Assembly (NCBI RefSeq): GCF_963921235.1
Contig: NC_086108.1
Coordinates: 13,330,001-13,394,000 of the forward strand
DNA from: Mobula hypostoma
Lineage: Eukaryota
DNA length: 64,000 nucleotides
Direction of reading: 5' to 3'
Positions within the stretch are counted from its first letter, which is position 1, and the number at the start of each line of letters is the position of its first letter. Of this stretch, positions 23,290 through 37,103 are shown one piece after another. Under the pieces are notes generated by a model. It saw only the letters and a list, made by a program, of their open reading frames with translations, made no database searches and was not told the origin of the DNA. A program made the position numbers and the translations under genes.

Positions 23290-25923
23290 AAAGTGTCGTG
23301 TACTATTGGGTCAGGTAGGCCTCTTCATCCAAGAGCACCTCGAGTTGACTGCTCCTCTTGCAGCGTGTCGGAAAACAAGGGGACCTCCAGTGTCCCTGAT
23401 GGCTACAAGTGCGTTCAGCTGCAGCTTCTAACAATCTGCGTGAAGGAGTTGAAGCTGGAACTGGGTGAGCTTCAGATCCTATGGGAGGCTGAGGGGGTGA
23501 TAGATAGGACATACAGAGAGGTAGTTACACCCAAGGTGCAGGACACAGGAGACTGAGTGACAGTCAGGAAGGGGAAAGGGGTTAAGGAGCCAGTGCAGAG
23601 TACCCCTGTGGCCATCCCCTCAACAACAGGGATATCAGTTTAGATATTGTCTGGTGGGGTGTGGGGGGGAGATGACCCAACAAAGGAAAGTCACCGTGGC
23701 CGGATCTCTGGCACAGTCTGCCTCTATGACTCAGAAGGGAAAGGGATAGAAGAGGCACACTGTGGTGATAGAGAATTCATTAGTTAAGAAAACGGTCAGG
23801 AAATTCTGTGGGACAGAATGAAATTCCCGGACAGTATGTTGCCTCATGGGTGCCAATTCCCAACATATCCTGGATCAAGTCCTCAGCATTCTTAAGTGGG
23901 AGGATGAACAGCCAGAAGTCATGGTACCAATGATATGGGTAAGATGAGAGACAGGGTTTTGCATAGGGAGTTCGAGGAGTTAGGTGCTAAGTTAAAGGGC
24001 AGAATCTCCAGGATCATGATCTCAAGATTGCTACCCATGCCACATGCAAGGGAGGCCTGAATTAGGAGGATTATACAGCTTAATATGTGGCTAAGGAGTT
24101 GGCGCAGGAGGGAGGGCATAAGATTTTTGGATCATTGGGCTCTCTTCCAGGGAAGGTGGGACTTGTACAGAAGGGACAGTTTGCACCTGAACCGGAGAAG
24201 GACTAATATCCCAGCGGGAAGGTTTGTTAATGCTGCACAGTGGGGTTTAAACTAGAGTTGCAGGGGGATGGGAACCAGAGTGCCAGTACAGTTAGTGGAG
24301 GTTTTGTGGAGGCAGACTTTGGTAAGACATCTCAACCATAACTATAGAGAAGGGTCATGGGAAGCTGCAAGGTCTGAAGATGGATAAGTCACCTGGACCA
24401 GATGGTGAACACCCCAGCAGTCCGAAAGCGGTGGCTGAAGAGACTGTGGAGGCTTTAGTAATGATCTTTCAAGAATCACTAGATTCTGGAATGTTTCTGG
24501 AAGACTGGAAAATTGCAAATGCCACTCTATTCTTCAAGAAGGGAGAGAGGCAGAAGAAAGGAAAATATAGGCCAGTTAATCTGACGTCAGAGGTTGGGAA
24601 GATGTCGGAGTCAATTATTAAAGATGAGCACTTGGGGTACTTGGAGGTACATGATTAAGTAGGCTGTAGTCTGTCTGTTTTTCTCAAGGGAAAATCTTGC
24701 CTGACAAATCTGTTGGAATTCTGTGAAGAAATAACAAGCAGGATAAACAAAGGAGAATTTGTTGATGATGTAAACTTGGATTTTAAGAATGCCTTTGACA
24801 AGGTGTCACACATGAGGTTACAAGCCCATGGTATTACAGGAAAGGTTCTAGCATGGATAAAGCAGGAGGCAAAGAGTGGAAATAAAGCGAGCCTTTTGTG
24901 GTTGGCTGCCAGTGACTAGTGGTGTTGACAGGGGTCTGTGTTGGGACCAATTCTTTTTATATTATATGTTAATGATTTGCATGATGGAATTGATGACTTT
25001 GTTGCAAAGTTTGTAGATGATATGAAGATAGGTGGAGGGGTAGGTAGTTTTAAGGAAGTAGAGAGGCTACAGAAGGACTTAGACAAATTTGGAGAATGGG
25101 CGAAGAAATGGCAGATGGAATACAGTGTCGGGAAGTGTATGGTCATGCACTCTGGTAGAAAAAATGAAAGTGCTGACTATTTTCTAAATGCAGAGAAAAT
25201 ACAAAAATCTGAGGAGGAAAGGGACTTGGGAGTCCTTGTGCAGGTTTTCCTAAATGTCAGTTTGCCAGTTGAATCTGTGATGAGGAAGGTAAATGCAATA
25301 TTAGCGTTCATTTCAAAAGGACTAGGAAAAAAAGCAAGGATGTAATGTTGAGGCTTTATAAAGCACAATACCTGGAGTATTGTGAACAGTTTTGGGCCCC
25401 TTATCTTAGAAAGGATATGTTGACACTGGAGAAGTTTCAAAGAAGGTTCACGAAAATGATTCCAGGGTTGAATGGCTTGTCATATGAAGAGCGTTTGATT
25501 GCTCTGGGCCTGTATTCACTAGAATTCAGAAGAATGAGGGGTGATCTCATTGAAACTTATCAAATGGTGAAAGGTCTTGATAGAGTGGATGTGGAGAGGA
25601 TGTTTCCTGTGGTGGGAGAGTCTAAGACCAGAGGACACAGCCTCAGAATAGAGGGGCGTCCTTTTAGAAAAAAATGAGGAGGAATTTCTTTAGCCAGAGA
25701 ATGGTGGATCTGTGGAATTCTTTGTCACAAGCAGCTGTGGAGGCCAAGACTCTATGTATATTTAAGGCAGAGGTTGATAGGTTCTTGATTGGTGAAGGGA
25801 TATGGGGGTAAGGCAGGAGATTGGTGCTGAAAGGAAAATGGATCAGCCATGATGAAATAGCATAGCAAACAGAATCGATGGGCCAAATGGCCTAATCCTG
25901 CTCCTATATCTTATTGTCTTATG
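23290..25923 (+). mobile_element. CR1 LINE with ORF1 and internally deleted ORF2
   Basis: ORF1 DCSSC..CVQLQLL and esterase region (ttggatcattgg...ttgcacctgaac) jump at about 24335 to KSPGPDG; endonuclease absent; RT and 3' UTR present. Confidence 0.88.
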
Positions 25924-26039
25924 GAGGATGATATCTGCTGCTTGCTTTGCAGAATAAGGACTTCTATATCCACCAGCTATATCCGGAGACCTCGTTCACG
26001 GTCACAACAGTTGCCAGTGAATTGTGGTGTTCAGCGGGG

Positions 26040-26995
26040 CAGCTTCAACCCCTTCTTTCCCCATTACATTCAATGATTTGGATGATGGAATTGATGGATT
26101 TGTGGTCAGGTTTGTGGATGATATGAAGATAGATGAAGCAACAGTTGGCGCTGAGGAAGCATGGAGTTTTTAGAAAGATTTAGACAAATTGTGAGAAAGG
26201 GCATAGATGTGGGAGATGGAATGCAGCATAGTGGATTGTATGGTCATGCACTTTGGTAGAAGGGAAGTTTCTATGTCTGTAGGCTATTTTCTAATTGGGG
26301 AGAAAATTTTAAAATCAGAGATGCAAAGTGAGTACTTGTGTAGTATTCCCTAAAGGCTAACTTGCCTGCTGAGTCGGTGATAAGGCAGGCAAATGCAATG
26401 TTAGCATTCGTTTCAAGAGGACTGGAATATAAAAGCAAGGATGTAATGCTGAGGCTTTATATTGTACTGGTCAGACCACAGCCAGAGTACTGTAAGCTGT
26501 TTTTGGCCCTTTATCTAAGAAAAGATGTGCTGGCATTGGAACGGATGCAGAGGAGGTTCGCAAAAATGATCTGGAAATGAAAGGGTTAATGTATGAAGAT
26601 AACCTTTCAGCATTTAGAAGAATGAGGAAGGAATGTCTCATTGAAATCTATCGAATATTGACAAGACTAGATAGAGTGAATATACATAAGTTTTTTTCCT
26701 ATAGCGGGGGTGTCTTGGACCAGGGGACATAGCTTCAGAATAGAGGGACATCCATTTAGGGCAGAGATGAGGGAGGATTTCTTTACCCATAGGATAGTGA
26801 ATCTGTGAAATTTGTTGTCACAAATGATTGTGGAGGCCAAGTCATGGAGTATATTTAAAGTAAAGGTTGATCAGTTTTTGATTAGTCAGGGGTCAAAGGT
26901 TATGTGGAGAATCCAGGAGAGTGGAGTTGAGATGAGTAATAAATCAGCCATGGTGGAATGGTAGAGTAGACTCAATGTGTCGAATCGCCTGATTC
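26040..26995 (+). mobile_element. CR1 LINE 3' fragment
   Basis: ANAMLAFVSRGLEYKSKDVMLRLY..LVRP; decayed 3' UTR. Confidence 0.82.
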
Positions 26996-27552
26996 GCAGG
27001 ATTCAACATTCAAGATGTCACTTCCTATACACAAGTGTAATGGAGAACAATACAACTGTTACTCCAGATCCAATGCAATACAAATAAATCACAAAAGATA
27101 AAGAACATAGTTATAATTAAGAAACACGATAACTATAAGTACTGAGGATTCCAGTTATCTGGACTATTGGTTAATTAGGACAGCTGCTAACTTGAGACAA
27201 ATCTTAAAGAACAAAAATTAATCATGAAAATTGCCGGGAATCCCTTATTTTACTTGGGACACCATGCCACTTAGTCGGGACAGGCAACTGTAGCCAAACA
27301 GGTTCTATTCTGCCTACTCCCAACAACCAGGACCATAGCCCTCCAGATTCCTGCTGTCCATGTACCTATTCAAACTGCTATTAAACGTTTAAATCGAGCT
27401 CGCATGGATCAGTTGTGCTCACACTCACACTCGACACTCACATGACCCTCTAAGTAAAAGTTTCCCTTCATGTTCCCCTTAAACTTCTCATCTTTCACCC
27501 TTAAGCATGACCTCTGGTTGTAGTCCCACCCAACCTCACCCAATCTTCTGTT

Positions 27553-28131
27553 CTCAATGATATCGTATCTGTTAAACAGGAGCTGTGGACAATTCTGATT
27601 TGATGGAGACAGATGTGAAAGCACAGAGGAACATCTGGAAAAATTTCTGAAACACAGGTTCGCTGCTGCTGTTACTGGGAGATCGAGAATCTCCGGAGGG
27701 AAGGCCCCAAAACCCCTGGCTTTGCCTGCTGTTGGCAACCGAGATTGAGGTCGAATTGTTCAGATAGAGATGGTGCTCGGTACTCCGTGTTGGAGAGCTG
27801 ATCGGAGGCTTGAAGTTTTCGGATGACTCAGAGTCGGACTGTGGTCGGGCATGGCAGGGAGAGTTTTTCTTCCTTCTCCCGTCTGCATGAGATGTGGGAC
27901 ATTTGAGAAACTTTGAACTTTTTACTGTGCCATGGACTGTTCTTCATCAAGTTATGGTATTGTTGCACTGTTGTAACTATATGTTATAATTATGTGGTTT
28001 TGTTAGTTTTTTCAGTCTTGGTCTGTCCTGTGTTTTGTGATATCACACCGGAGGAAATATTGTATCAGTTCTTAATGCATGCATTACTAAATGACAATAA
28101 AAGAGGACTGCGTGTCTTCATAATCTAATCT
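27553..28131 (+). mobile_element. Unclassified non-coding retroposon, copy 1 (5'-truncated), TAATC tail
   Basis: Highly similar to 37165-37733; ends gacaataaaagaggactgcgtgtcttcataatctaatct; interrupts a minus-strand CR1 fragment. Confidence 0.75.
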
Positions 28132-28294
28132 CAAAATATGTTGATTTATGAATGCCAATGTGTCAATAGCTTTCTTTAGAACCCTATCTACCAGTGATAC
28201 AACTTTCAATGAATTATGGTCCTGTATTCCCAGATCCCTTTGTTCTCCCACACTCCTCAGTGCCCTGCTGCTCACTGTGCAAGACCTAGTAGGT

Positions 28295-29373
28295 CCTACT
28301 GAAGTGTCCTTTTTCAATCCACAAAAAATTGTTCCACTAACAGCAGCAGCGTAAATGCAGAAGGAAGTTCTGTTTCCGGGAGGGCACAATTACAAAAGTG
28401 AATTCAAGAGGACAACTGCTTATGGGAATGCCGATGGATTGTCCCATTTTCCCTTGGAAAGGGAATACCTGAAACATTTACAAAAGGGGACACTCCTCTT
28501 GATCTATCCTCTCTAATGTAAATCAAAGGGCTCCCTTTTATGGCAGAGATGATCCAAAGGGAAACCTGAAAAGACCGCACACTGTATCAGGTCTACCTGG
28601 TAACCCAGAATGGCTGGAATGTGCAGCAGAATCTCCCGTTCCACCGTTTTTAGCTGTGCCCGAGTGAACTTGCCCTTGACTGGGGTTGCCTTATGTGGGG
28701 GTTGAGAGCTGTTGTACCATCCAAGCTGAGAGCTGAAGTGTTGGAGGAGCCTCATAGATCAGCAGATCAAGCAACTTGCCCTGTTCGGGGTGCCAACACA
28801 TCAAAATAAAGGTATTCAGAGCTGTCAGAACCAAATCCTGCAGTCCAAGAGTCCACTCCTACAAACAACACAGAGCAGACCCCAGAAACTGACAATGTTT
28901 CACGTCCACAAGTCTCACCTGCCAAGCAGAGTGGCCTCTCTAGTCAGGAAAGATGTTATCCCACAAGAGTAAGAAATCCTCCACAGCCTTTAGGCCTGAA
29001 CGGGATAATTTAAAATTTATTATACTGTGGATGTCCTGAAAGTATAGTGTATATAGTTGAGATGCATTCTATATTGAATTGGATTTTATAGCTAAGCAGG
29101 GCGGAGTGTTGTATATTTAATATTTCAGCAATATTTGAGTGATATTGTAAATTTATTGTTTAAGCATTCTTTGTTCTTTACATAATTCATTATGGGTTAT
29201 ATGTAAAAGTATGTGAATGGCATACATCATTATACCACCATGTCAAAAGTGTGCACTTTATTAAAGAAAAACTAAACATACAGGAATTAGCCCTATCCCT
29301 GGCTTAATGTGTTTTTCAAAGTACATTTATTATCAAAGAATGCATAAATTTCCATTAGTTTCAAAACATAACA
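28295..29373 (+). mobile_element. Gypsy pol remnant with PPT and 3' LTR (29107-29373)
   Basis: FNPQKIVPLTAAA RNase H-end motif; purine tract aagcagggcggag, then TGTTG...TAACA; same family as 38194-41100. Confidence 0.75.
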
Positions 29374-29471
29374 GGGATCCTTAACAATTCGGAAAGCGGG
29401 GTGAGGACTCCCATTGAAAATTGATGAATTTTAGAAAATAAAACCAGCATATGACATACTCTAAGACCAGT

Positions 29472-29987
29472 TTTCCTCTCAGCCCCAATCTCCTGCCTCC
29501 TTTCCATATGCCTTCATGCCCTGACCAATCAAGAATCTATCAACTTTTGTCTTAGATATACATAAAGACAGCCTCCACAGCTGCCTGTAGCAAAGAGTTC
29601 CACAGATTCACCACTTTCTGGCTAAAGAAATTCAACCTCATCTCCATTCTAAAAGGACACCCCTCTATTCTGAGGCTGTGTCCTCTGGTCTTAGACTCTC
29701 CCACCATAGGAAACATCCTCTCCACATCCACTCTATCAAGGCCTTTCACCATTCGATAAGGTTCAATGAGGTCACCCCTCGTTCTGCTGAATTCCATCGA
29801 ATACAGGCTCAGCGCCATGAAATGCTCTTCATAAGCCATTCAATCCTGGAATCATTTTTGTGACCCTCCTTTGAACCCTCTCCAGTTTCAGCACATCCTT
29901 TCTAAGATAAGGGGCCCAAAACTGCTCACAATACACCAAGTGAGGCCTCACCAGTGCTTCGTAAAGTCTTAACATTACATCCTTGCT
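29472..29987 (-). mobile_element. CR1 LINE 3' fragment
   Basis: RGDLIEPYRMVKGLDRVDVERMFP..TRGHSL..FFSQKVVNLWNSL. Confidence 0.85.
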
Positions 29988-31634
29988 GTGAATGGTATAC
30001 TATGAATAGAACAGAAGGACCAAGGAGCACAAGTGCATAATTAGTCGAAGGCAGCATCATACATAGACAGGGCAATGAATAAGGCGTTTAGTCGCTGGTC
30101 TCCGTCAGTCAGGGCACACAGAGTTTTACAAGTCGTAGGTAAGGCCTATAGCTTTAAAACTTGGATCAGAGTTCAGTTTTGGTCAATGTGTTATTGGAAA
30201 TACAGTATGTAGTTAACCTGCAAATAGTGTAGAAAATATTTACAAGGATATTGCTAGAATTAATGGCCTGAATTATAGAGGCTAGGCTAGTTGGCCTAGC
30301 CAGGGCTTTATTTCTTAGAGCACTGAAGACTGAGTGGTGATCTTGTAGAGGTGTATAAAATGGAAATAACTCAGAAAACGTGTAGCTTCTGGAATTGTCT
30401 AAGATCCATGAACATCAAATGTTTGTGGAGCAGCATGACCAACTCTCTCTCGTTTCTACCCATGAAGATCGAGAGGGGCACAAATTTCCTATAAGAGTGG
30501 TTTTCTGTGAACAATTCTGCAAACAGACATGTAGTCCTCGATCCTGTTTATGAGCCAATATGGGCAAAATTCCAGATCACAATGCACAGCCAATCAGCGA
30601 CGAGACCCCCCTTCCTACGTCACAATTGGGTTTCCATAATCAGCTGATTGATGTCTATAAAGGCCAAGCATTCGGAGGACACACTACAAATGAACAGCAT
30701 GCTCATGATGTCTCCTTGTATGGTGACAAAATGTTTGCAAATAGATTGCCAAGATCGGAGAACGACTCAACCCAACCAGGTGAATAAAATCATGAGGAGT
30801 ATAAATATGCTGAGTGTACTCTGTCTTTTTACCCAGGTTTGGAAAATCAAGATTTAAGATAAGAAGAGATTTGGGAAGACAGCTTCTTTTCCCAAACACT
30901 GTTGAATATATAGAAAGAGCTGACTGAGGCAACTACAAGACCAACACTTAACAGAACTTCATATAGGTACATAGATAGGAAAGGTCGAGGTGAGGTTGGG
31001 TTAAACATGGGCAAATAATATTACTTTAGGTGGGTATCTATGAGCATGGAGTTGGGCTGAATTGCCAGTTTCCATGATGTATGGCTCTGAGGGGATTGTC
31101 ATTGAAAAGATTGTTCAACTAGATTGTTTTACAGAGGGCCAGTTTAGGATCTATGAGTTGAGGGGTCTCTGGTGCAATAATGAATCCATGCCTCCAACTC
31201 ATGTGTTCGGTCAGGTGGGACTGTCACTGATAGTGACATTGTGGCTTGTTTCTTTTGTTTCCTGGTTGCACAGTGAGATGAAATATCATGAACTTTGTAC
31301 CTTTGATGACTTGCCATCTGTTCCTTCCCTAGTTTTGCTACAATTGATGCTACTGCTCATGTGACATTGTTTGCTGTTCCAAGTACAGTCAACTTCTGCC
31401 TTTGATAACGTGTGTTGGCCACCATTTTGACTTGTTCCTCAATAGGATGACTTGCTTTCTTTGTAAGATGGCTGGTTCAGTTCCACCAGTAGAATGACTT
31501 TTGCACTCCAGCAGATGACTTGGTTCCCCCAGTAAGACTTGTTTCCACTTTACTCTTCTTGGGCTGAGAAAGCAGGGAAACTTCTTGTCCACTGGCCCAG
31601 TAGGACAGCTTGAATCACAGGGTGATGGAATGAT

Positions 31635-32200
31635 AAGGAAGATGTGTGTCATGCTCGCCTTCATTAGTCAAGTCGTTGATTTCAAGAGTCAGGAAATTAT
31701 GTTGAAACTTTATTAAACTCAGCTTAGACTGCATCTGGTATATAGCATGCAGTTCTGGTCACCCCATTATAAGAAGGATGTGGAAATTCTGAAGAGGGTG
31801 CAAAAGAGGTTTAGCTGGATGTTGCTTGGATTAAAGGACAAATACTATAAAGAAAGATTGGACAAACTTGGGTTGTTTTCTCTGGAGTTGCAGAGACTGA
31901 GGGGAGACCTGATGGAAGTACGTATGTCAGATTATGAGAGGATGGAGCAGTGAGCGAGTATCATTTTCCAGGGTTGAAATGATGAATACAAGAGGTCATG
32001 CTTTAAAGGTGAAGGACGAAGTTCAAAGGATACAGTATATGCAGGGCAAGTTTTTTTTAAACACGGAGTGGTGGGTCATTGGGATATGCAGTCAGGTGTG
32101 GTGGAGGTAGATAAAAATGGTGGCTTTAAAGAGACTTTTCAAAGGGCACAGGAGTGTGCAGAGAATGGAGGGATAAAGAAATTACATTGGCAGAAAAGAA
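31635..32200 (+). mobile_element. CR1 LINE 3' fragment
   Basis: QFWSPHYKKDVEILKRVQKRF...RLRGDL. Confidence 0.8.
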
Positions 32201-32403
32201 TAGTTTCTTATGTTGTACTGTTGTACCATATTCTATGACTTTAGGAAGAGCCAAACACTGGAACCAACAAGAACAAAAACACTTAATTCAACGATTCATT
32301 ACATGCAGATCAGGATCTCATCACAGAGATAATGTTGTGTTGACATCACCTATCTCAACATCATTGCGCAATTAACAGAGAGAGAGAGTGAAGCATTACT
32401 CAC

Positions 32404-32555
32404 TGTCCATCCCCCATTATCAGTCACCATGTCGCAGAAGACCTGAAGGTTTTGCTGTGGCTTTCCATTGATATAGATATCATAAATGCCACTGATTGTG
32501 TCTCCATTGAGTAGGTGCTGAGTACAGTCCCAGGGGTAAGGATAGAGACGGCTTG
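32404..32555 (-). CDS. TNR: Tenascin-R coding exon (start of fibrinogen-like domain), 152 bp, phase 1-0
   Basis: ttttgtatttcag|CA AGC CGT...TGG ACA|gtgagt, giving (A)[50 protein letters not shown]. FReD motifs PxDC and VxCDMxTDxGGW. Confidence 0.95.
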
Positions 32556-32814
32556 CTGAAATACAAAAGAATGGTTCATAACATCCAGGATGTCAGGCTA
32601 CAGTAAGCTCAGCTGTTAAATTTTCAGCAACACCAGAGATGATTTACCAAGCAACCTATCCCCCTATTTGTATTTATATTTTTGATTTCATTCCTCTCAA
32701 GGGTGAGATTCAGCCCACAATGTATACACCATGATAACAAATTAATCTAATCCCAACTCCTGCAAATGATCCATATCCTTCCATTCCCTCCATCTGTCTA
32801 TCCAACAGCATGTC

Positions 32815-33065
32815 AAGGCAGCCCAATAGTGTAGCGATTAGCACAATGCTATTTCAGCACCAGTGACCCAGATTCAATTCTCCTGCTGCCTGAAGGTAAA
32901 GACGCTGGTTCTTTCTTCCCGAGACTGCATCAGTTTCCTCCAGGTCCTCCCACTTCCTCCCATGTTCCAAAGGCGTGCAGGTTGGTAGGTTCTTTGGTGA
33001 AATTGGGAAGTGCAGACTCATTTGGGTTGGAAAGGCCAATTGCTGTGCTATATCACCAAATAAAA
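32815..33065 (+). mobile_element. Old tRNA-derived SINE
   Basis: A-box-like tagtgtagcgattagc, B-box-like gattcaattc, and body gtttcctccaggtcctcccacttcctccc. Confidence 0.6.
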
Positions 33066-34342
33066 CACAATTCTGTTGTATCTTCTCCCACCAGCACCCT
33101 GTTCTAAGTACCCACCACTCTGTGAGAAAAATAATTTGCTTTGCACATCTCCTTTAAACTTTTCCCCCTCTCATCTAAACTTATTGAAGCCTTGTGGAAA
33201 AACCTTATGTATGCCTCATACAATTTTCACTGAGGGGTCCCACTGAACACCCAAAAAGACCACCTGAACTACTTCAGGGTAAGCATATCTTGAGAAGCTT
33301 CACAGTGGAGCAGCCAATAAACACTCGATATTCTGCAGAAGCTGGAAATCTCCAACAACAAACACAAAATGCTGGAAGAACTCAGCAATGTATCAAATTT
33401 GATTCGGCTACATTTGAAGCATTATGTTCTGTGTTAGTCACCCCATTACAGGAAGAAAAGAGTGCAGAAGAGATTTACTAGGCTGTTACTTGAATTAGCT
33501 ATATGCATAGGTTAGGGTTAGGGTTGGGTTGTTTTTTCTGGAGCATTGGAGACTGAGGGGAGATCAAAAGGAAATTTGTGATATTATGGGAGACATAGGG
33601 TTAATAGGAGCTTCTTCACAGGATGAAAATATCAAGTCAAGAGGGCATGAGTTTACGAGACAACATGTAGATAGTCCTAGTTGAGAAGGGACTACACACG
33701 ACCTAATCTTGGGAAATCATGGTGGAATTTCAGTGGGGGGAGCATTTTAGTAATAATGATCATAATTCTCTAAGTTTCAACATAGTTATGGGGAGGGATG
33801 AGAATGAACCAAAACTTAAGCTTCTATATTAATAGGAGGCTGATCAATGTACAATGAAGAGGACATGGTGAAAGTCAACTGAGAGCAATGCACATCTGTT
33901 GGGAGTCTTATACACAGGAGACAGTCGAGGTCGGGGCCAACATGGTCCAGTAAGTGTGAAAGGTAAGGATAGCAAGGTTAGGGAATGCTGGATATAAAGG
34001 GGGCTCCATAATGTTATAATGAATGGGATCAAAAGCACATGAGACTGATAAAGAAAGGACAATTACTAAAAGTAGAGAGAGGGGAAACTATTTCTATTGT
34101 TTGCAGGAATGAAATTAGGTATGTTTATCAGACTCTTGAATTTGATGTTGCTATGGGAGTTCTTTAGAATGTAGGGATGTCCATAACCTGGCAACAGCTT
34201 GTACCCTGAAGTACTTATTTTCCAACCACAGTCATGCGGTATCAATATTTTTGAAATTACATGATTAAATTTCAGGTTTCAGTAGCCATAGTATTCGGTA
34301 TCTCAATATTGGGTAGATAACAGTGTTTTCGTATTCTCCTAC

Positions 34343-34475
34343 CTGTGGTAAAAATAATTTCTTCTGGTAAACTCCGTAGAGCATCATATGCAGACTGAAG
34401 CCTCAGTGTATACTCAGTGGCTTCCAACAAGCCCTCCAGTTGTATCCAAGTATCCTCTGCTTCCAAAATCAGTTC
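34343..34475 (-). CDS. TNR: Tenascin-R coding exon (last FN3 repeat, C-half), 133 bp, phase 0-1
   Basis: ctcttatag|GAA CTG ATT...ACC ACA G|gtagga, giving ELILEAEDTWIQLEGLLEATEYTLRLQSAYDALRSLPEEIIFTT. The AEDTWIxLEGLLE stretch points to TNR among the tenascins. Confidence 0.93.
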
Positions 34476-34513
34476 CTATAAGAGTGCATTGGAAAGTTGG
34501 AGTAATTTGCATC

Positions 34514-35135
34514 TGTAATGCTCAGCTATATTAGCTGGTATTTATCTAGCCCACCTTGTCTCCCAGTTACGTTGGTTGCTGTACAAATGCCACCTGATTC
34601 GGCTTCAAACATCAATCATCAGCCAGCACACAATGTATGTTTTACCAATTACACTTTATAGATATTACTAAGTTTATGAGATTAATAGAAGTTCAATACA
34701 AAAAAGGAATGGAAAAGGCGCCAGACTTATCAAAGTTCAATTTCTTCGTGCGCACGTTGGAGCTTGGGACCTCTTCAGGACCACCCGGACCCCTTCGACT
34801 CGCAGCTCAGGACCACCCGGAGTGATCAAGCTGAGCGTTCCCCGCACGTCCGTTGTCCTCACGGTCTCTCCTCCTACTCCCTCCAAAACCCCCTGGTTCC
34901 CAGTCATATGAGACAGCATATCACCCCAAGAAAGAATAACATGGACATGCATTGGTTCATTCACTCTGTTACCTATATTATAACCCAAGCAAACTGCTAG
35001 CTAGAGACTTTATCAGCATTTAACATAACAAAGAAGCCATTTTAATTAACCTACACAGTAACATAAAAGATTAACATAACAAAGAAGCCATTTTGATTAA
35101 CATACGCAGTGACATAAAAGAAGAAACCCCTTACA
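34514..35135 (-). mobile_element. LTR-like element related to 44685-45413
   Basis: Minus strand starts TGTAAGGGGTTTCTTCTTTTATGT, identical to the start at 44685; other end TTACA at 34514; no clear TSD. Confidence 0.65.
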
Positions 35136-35589
35136 TATACTATCACATCCATCCCCAACCTAACACAGTCCTACTTCTGCATCATTCAACTTCATAAGTG
35201 CCTCACTTGAGAGCCATGTACTGAAAGTAATATCATGAAAGCAAAGCCATTCAGAAGTGGTGAGTAGAGACATTTTTTTTCCATAGGGTGGAGGAAGTGG
35301 ACATGTTCTGTAACATGAGCACTCTCACCAATATATAAAATTACCATGGTTGCACAAGGAGTTTTATATAGACCTTCTTCTGGACTTAATGAAGAGCAAG
35401 ATGAATTTTTTAACTCAAGCTTTGACTGCCCAGTTCCCTGCACATGTGCTGCCTGGAACCGAAGTTGGTTTAGTAACGGGAGACAATGAGTGTTACCTTT
35501 GTGACTGGAAGCCTGTGATGAGTGATATTTTGGTATGACGACCCTGAAAGTTTATTATGTACAATAACCATATGGATGTGAATTGTGAG

Positions 35590-36200
35590 GAAGGGGAAGC
35601 AGTGGGAGGAGTGTGTGGCTAATGGGCCAGAGAGAGTGGGAGAGTTGAGGAAAGGGACAGGGTGATGGGGCTGGTGTGTGTGTGGAAAGAACTTGGTAGA
35701 TGGGGATGGAGGGGGGACTTGAAGCTGGAGAATTCAATGTTCATGCCATTTGGTTCTACACTACCAGGCAGAACATGAGGTGTTTTCCTTCTAACTTGTG
35801 TTTCACCTCACCCTGGCAGTGGAAAAGTCCAAGGAGAGATAGGTCAGGTTAGTGTGGGAATGGAGATGGGAATTAAAATATCTGGCACCCAGGAGTTCTC
35901 GGCCGCCACAGCGAATGGACCAAGGGTGCTCAGCAAAAACTTCACCCAGTTGGTGACCGGTCTCATTAATGTAGATTAGACCACATCAAAAGCACTGTAT
36001 GTGATGAACAGGGCCAGAGGATTCACATGTCAATTGCTGCTTCACCTGGAAGAACTGTTTAGGGTATGAGACGCTGGTGGGGGAGAAGGTGTAGGTAAAG
36101 TTCTGATAGATACAGGGGAATATGCCTGGGAAGGGGAAAGATGGGGAAGGATCATAGAGAGGGTGATCCCTGTCGAAGATAGAAAGGAATGGGAAGGGAA
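35590..36200 (-). mobile_element. Degenerate Penelope-like element 3' region
   Basis: gagaattcaatgttcatgccat...tgaggtgttttccttctaac is a decayed reverse complement of the EEQHL..GMNIE tail seen at 48390-48465. Confidence 0.65.
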
Positions 36201-37103
36201 GGAAGTGCCTGGTCCAGGTGGAATGTTGCTTTAATTAAATCAAGATTATTTGAGTTGAGGATAGGGTATGGTACAGCTTCAAAACATCGGTCAGGTCACA
36301 GTTGGAAAGCAGTGTGCAATTCTGGTCACCACACTGTGGGATATGATTGCACAGGAGAGCGTGCAGAGGGGATTTAGCAAGACAAAGTGTCAGGAATGAG
36401 GCAAGACTGGAGAGGTTGGAGCTCCATAAGACCAGTTTGTTCCATGGAACTCAGTCCGAGAGGTCAGTGTGGGGCCTGTCTGTGACTGAATCAGAATCTG
36501 AGTTTGTTTTGTTATCACTGACACGCAGGTCTGTCATAATATTTGTTGTTTCATGGCAGCAGTAGAATGCAATACATAAAATTACTATCAGTTACAATAA
36601 GAAATATTAAAAATGCATAAGTAAGCAAATTTAAAAAGAAAGCTAAATAGTGAGGGTTTAAATAGTCCATGGGTTTATTGTCCATTCTGAAATCTGATGG
36701 TGGAGGTGAAGAAGCTATTCCTGACATAATGAGTGTGTGTCTTCAGCCTCCTGTCCCTCTTCCCTGTTGGTAGCAATGAGCATGTCTTGGGTAGTGGGGA
36801 TCTTTAAACACAGATGCTACTCTTTTTGGGGCATTACCCGTGAAGTTAGTGTCAGGTCAGTCTGTGGAGGTCAGTGTAGGGTCAGTCAACATCTGAGAGG
36901 TCAGCATGGGATTGTGGGGCAATCCACATGTGTCTTGGTGTGAGTATAGGCATTGGATTCTGTTGAACAAGGGAAGTGATTTTTCCTGGATGGTTGGATA
37001 TTGAGGGAATGTTCCCACTCTTCCCATTACACTTGGTCTCCTGCTCTGTAAAACTTTGGCAGGGTCTCTCTGCCAATGCGATGCTCCTTTTGATTTACCT
37101 CAC

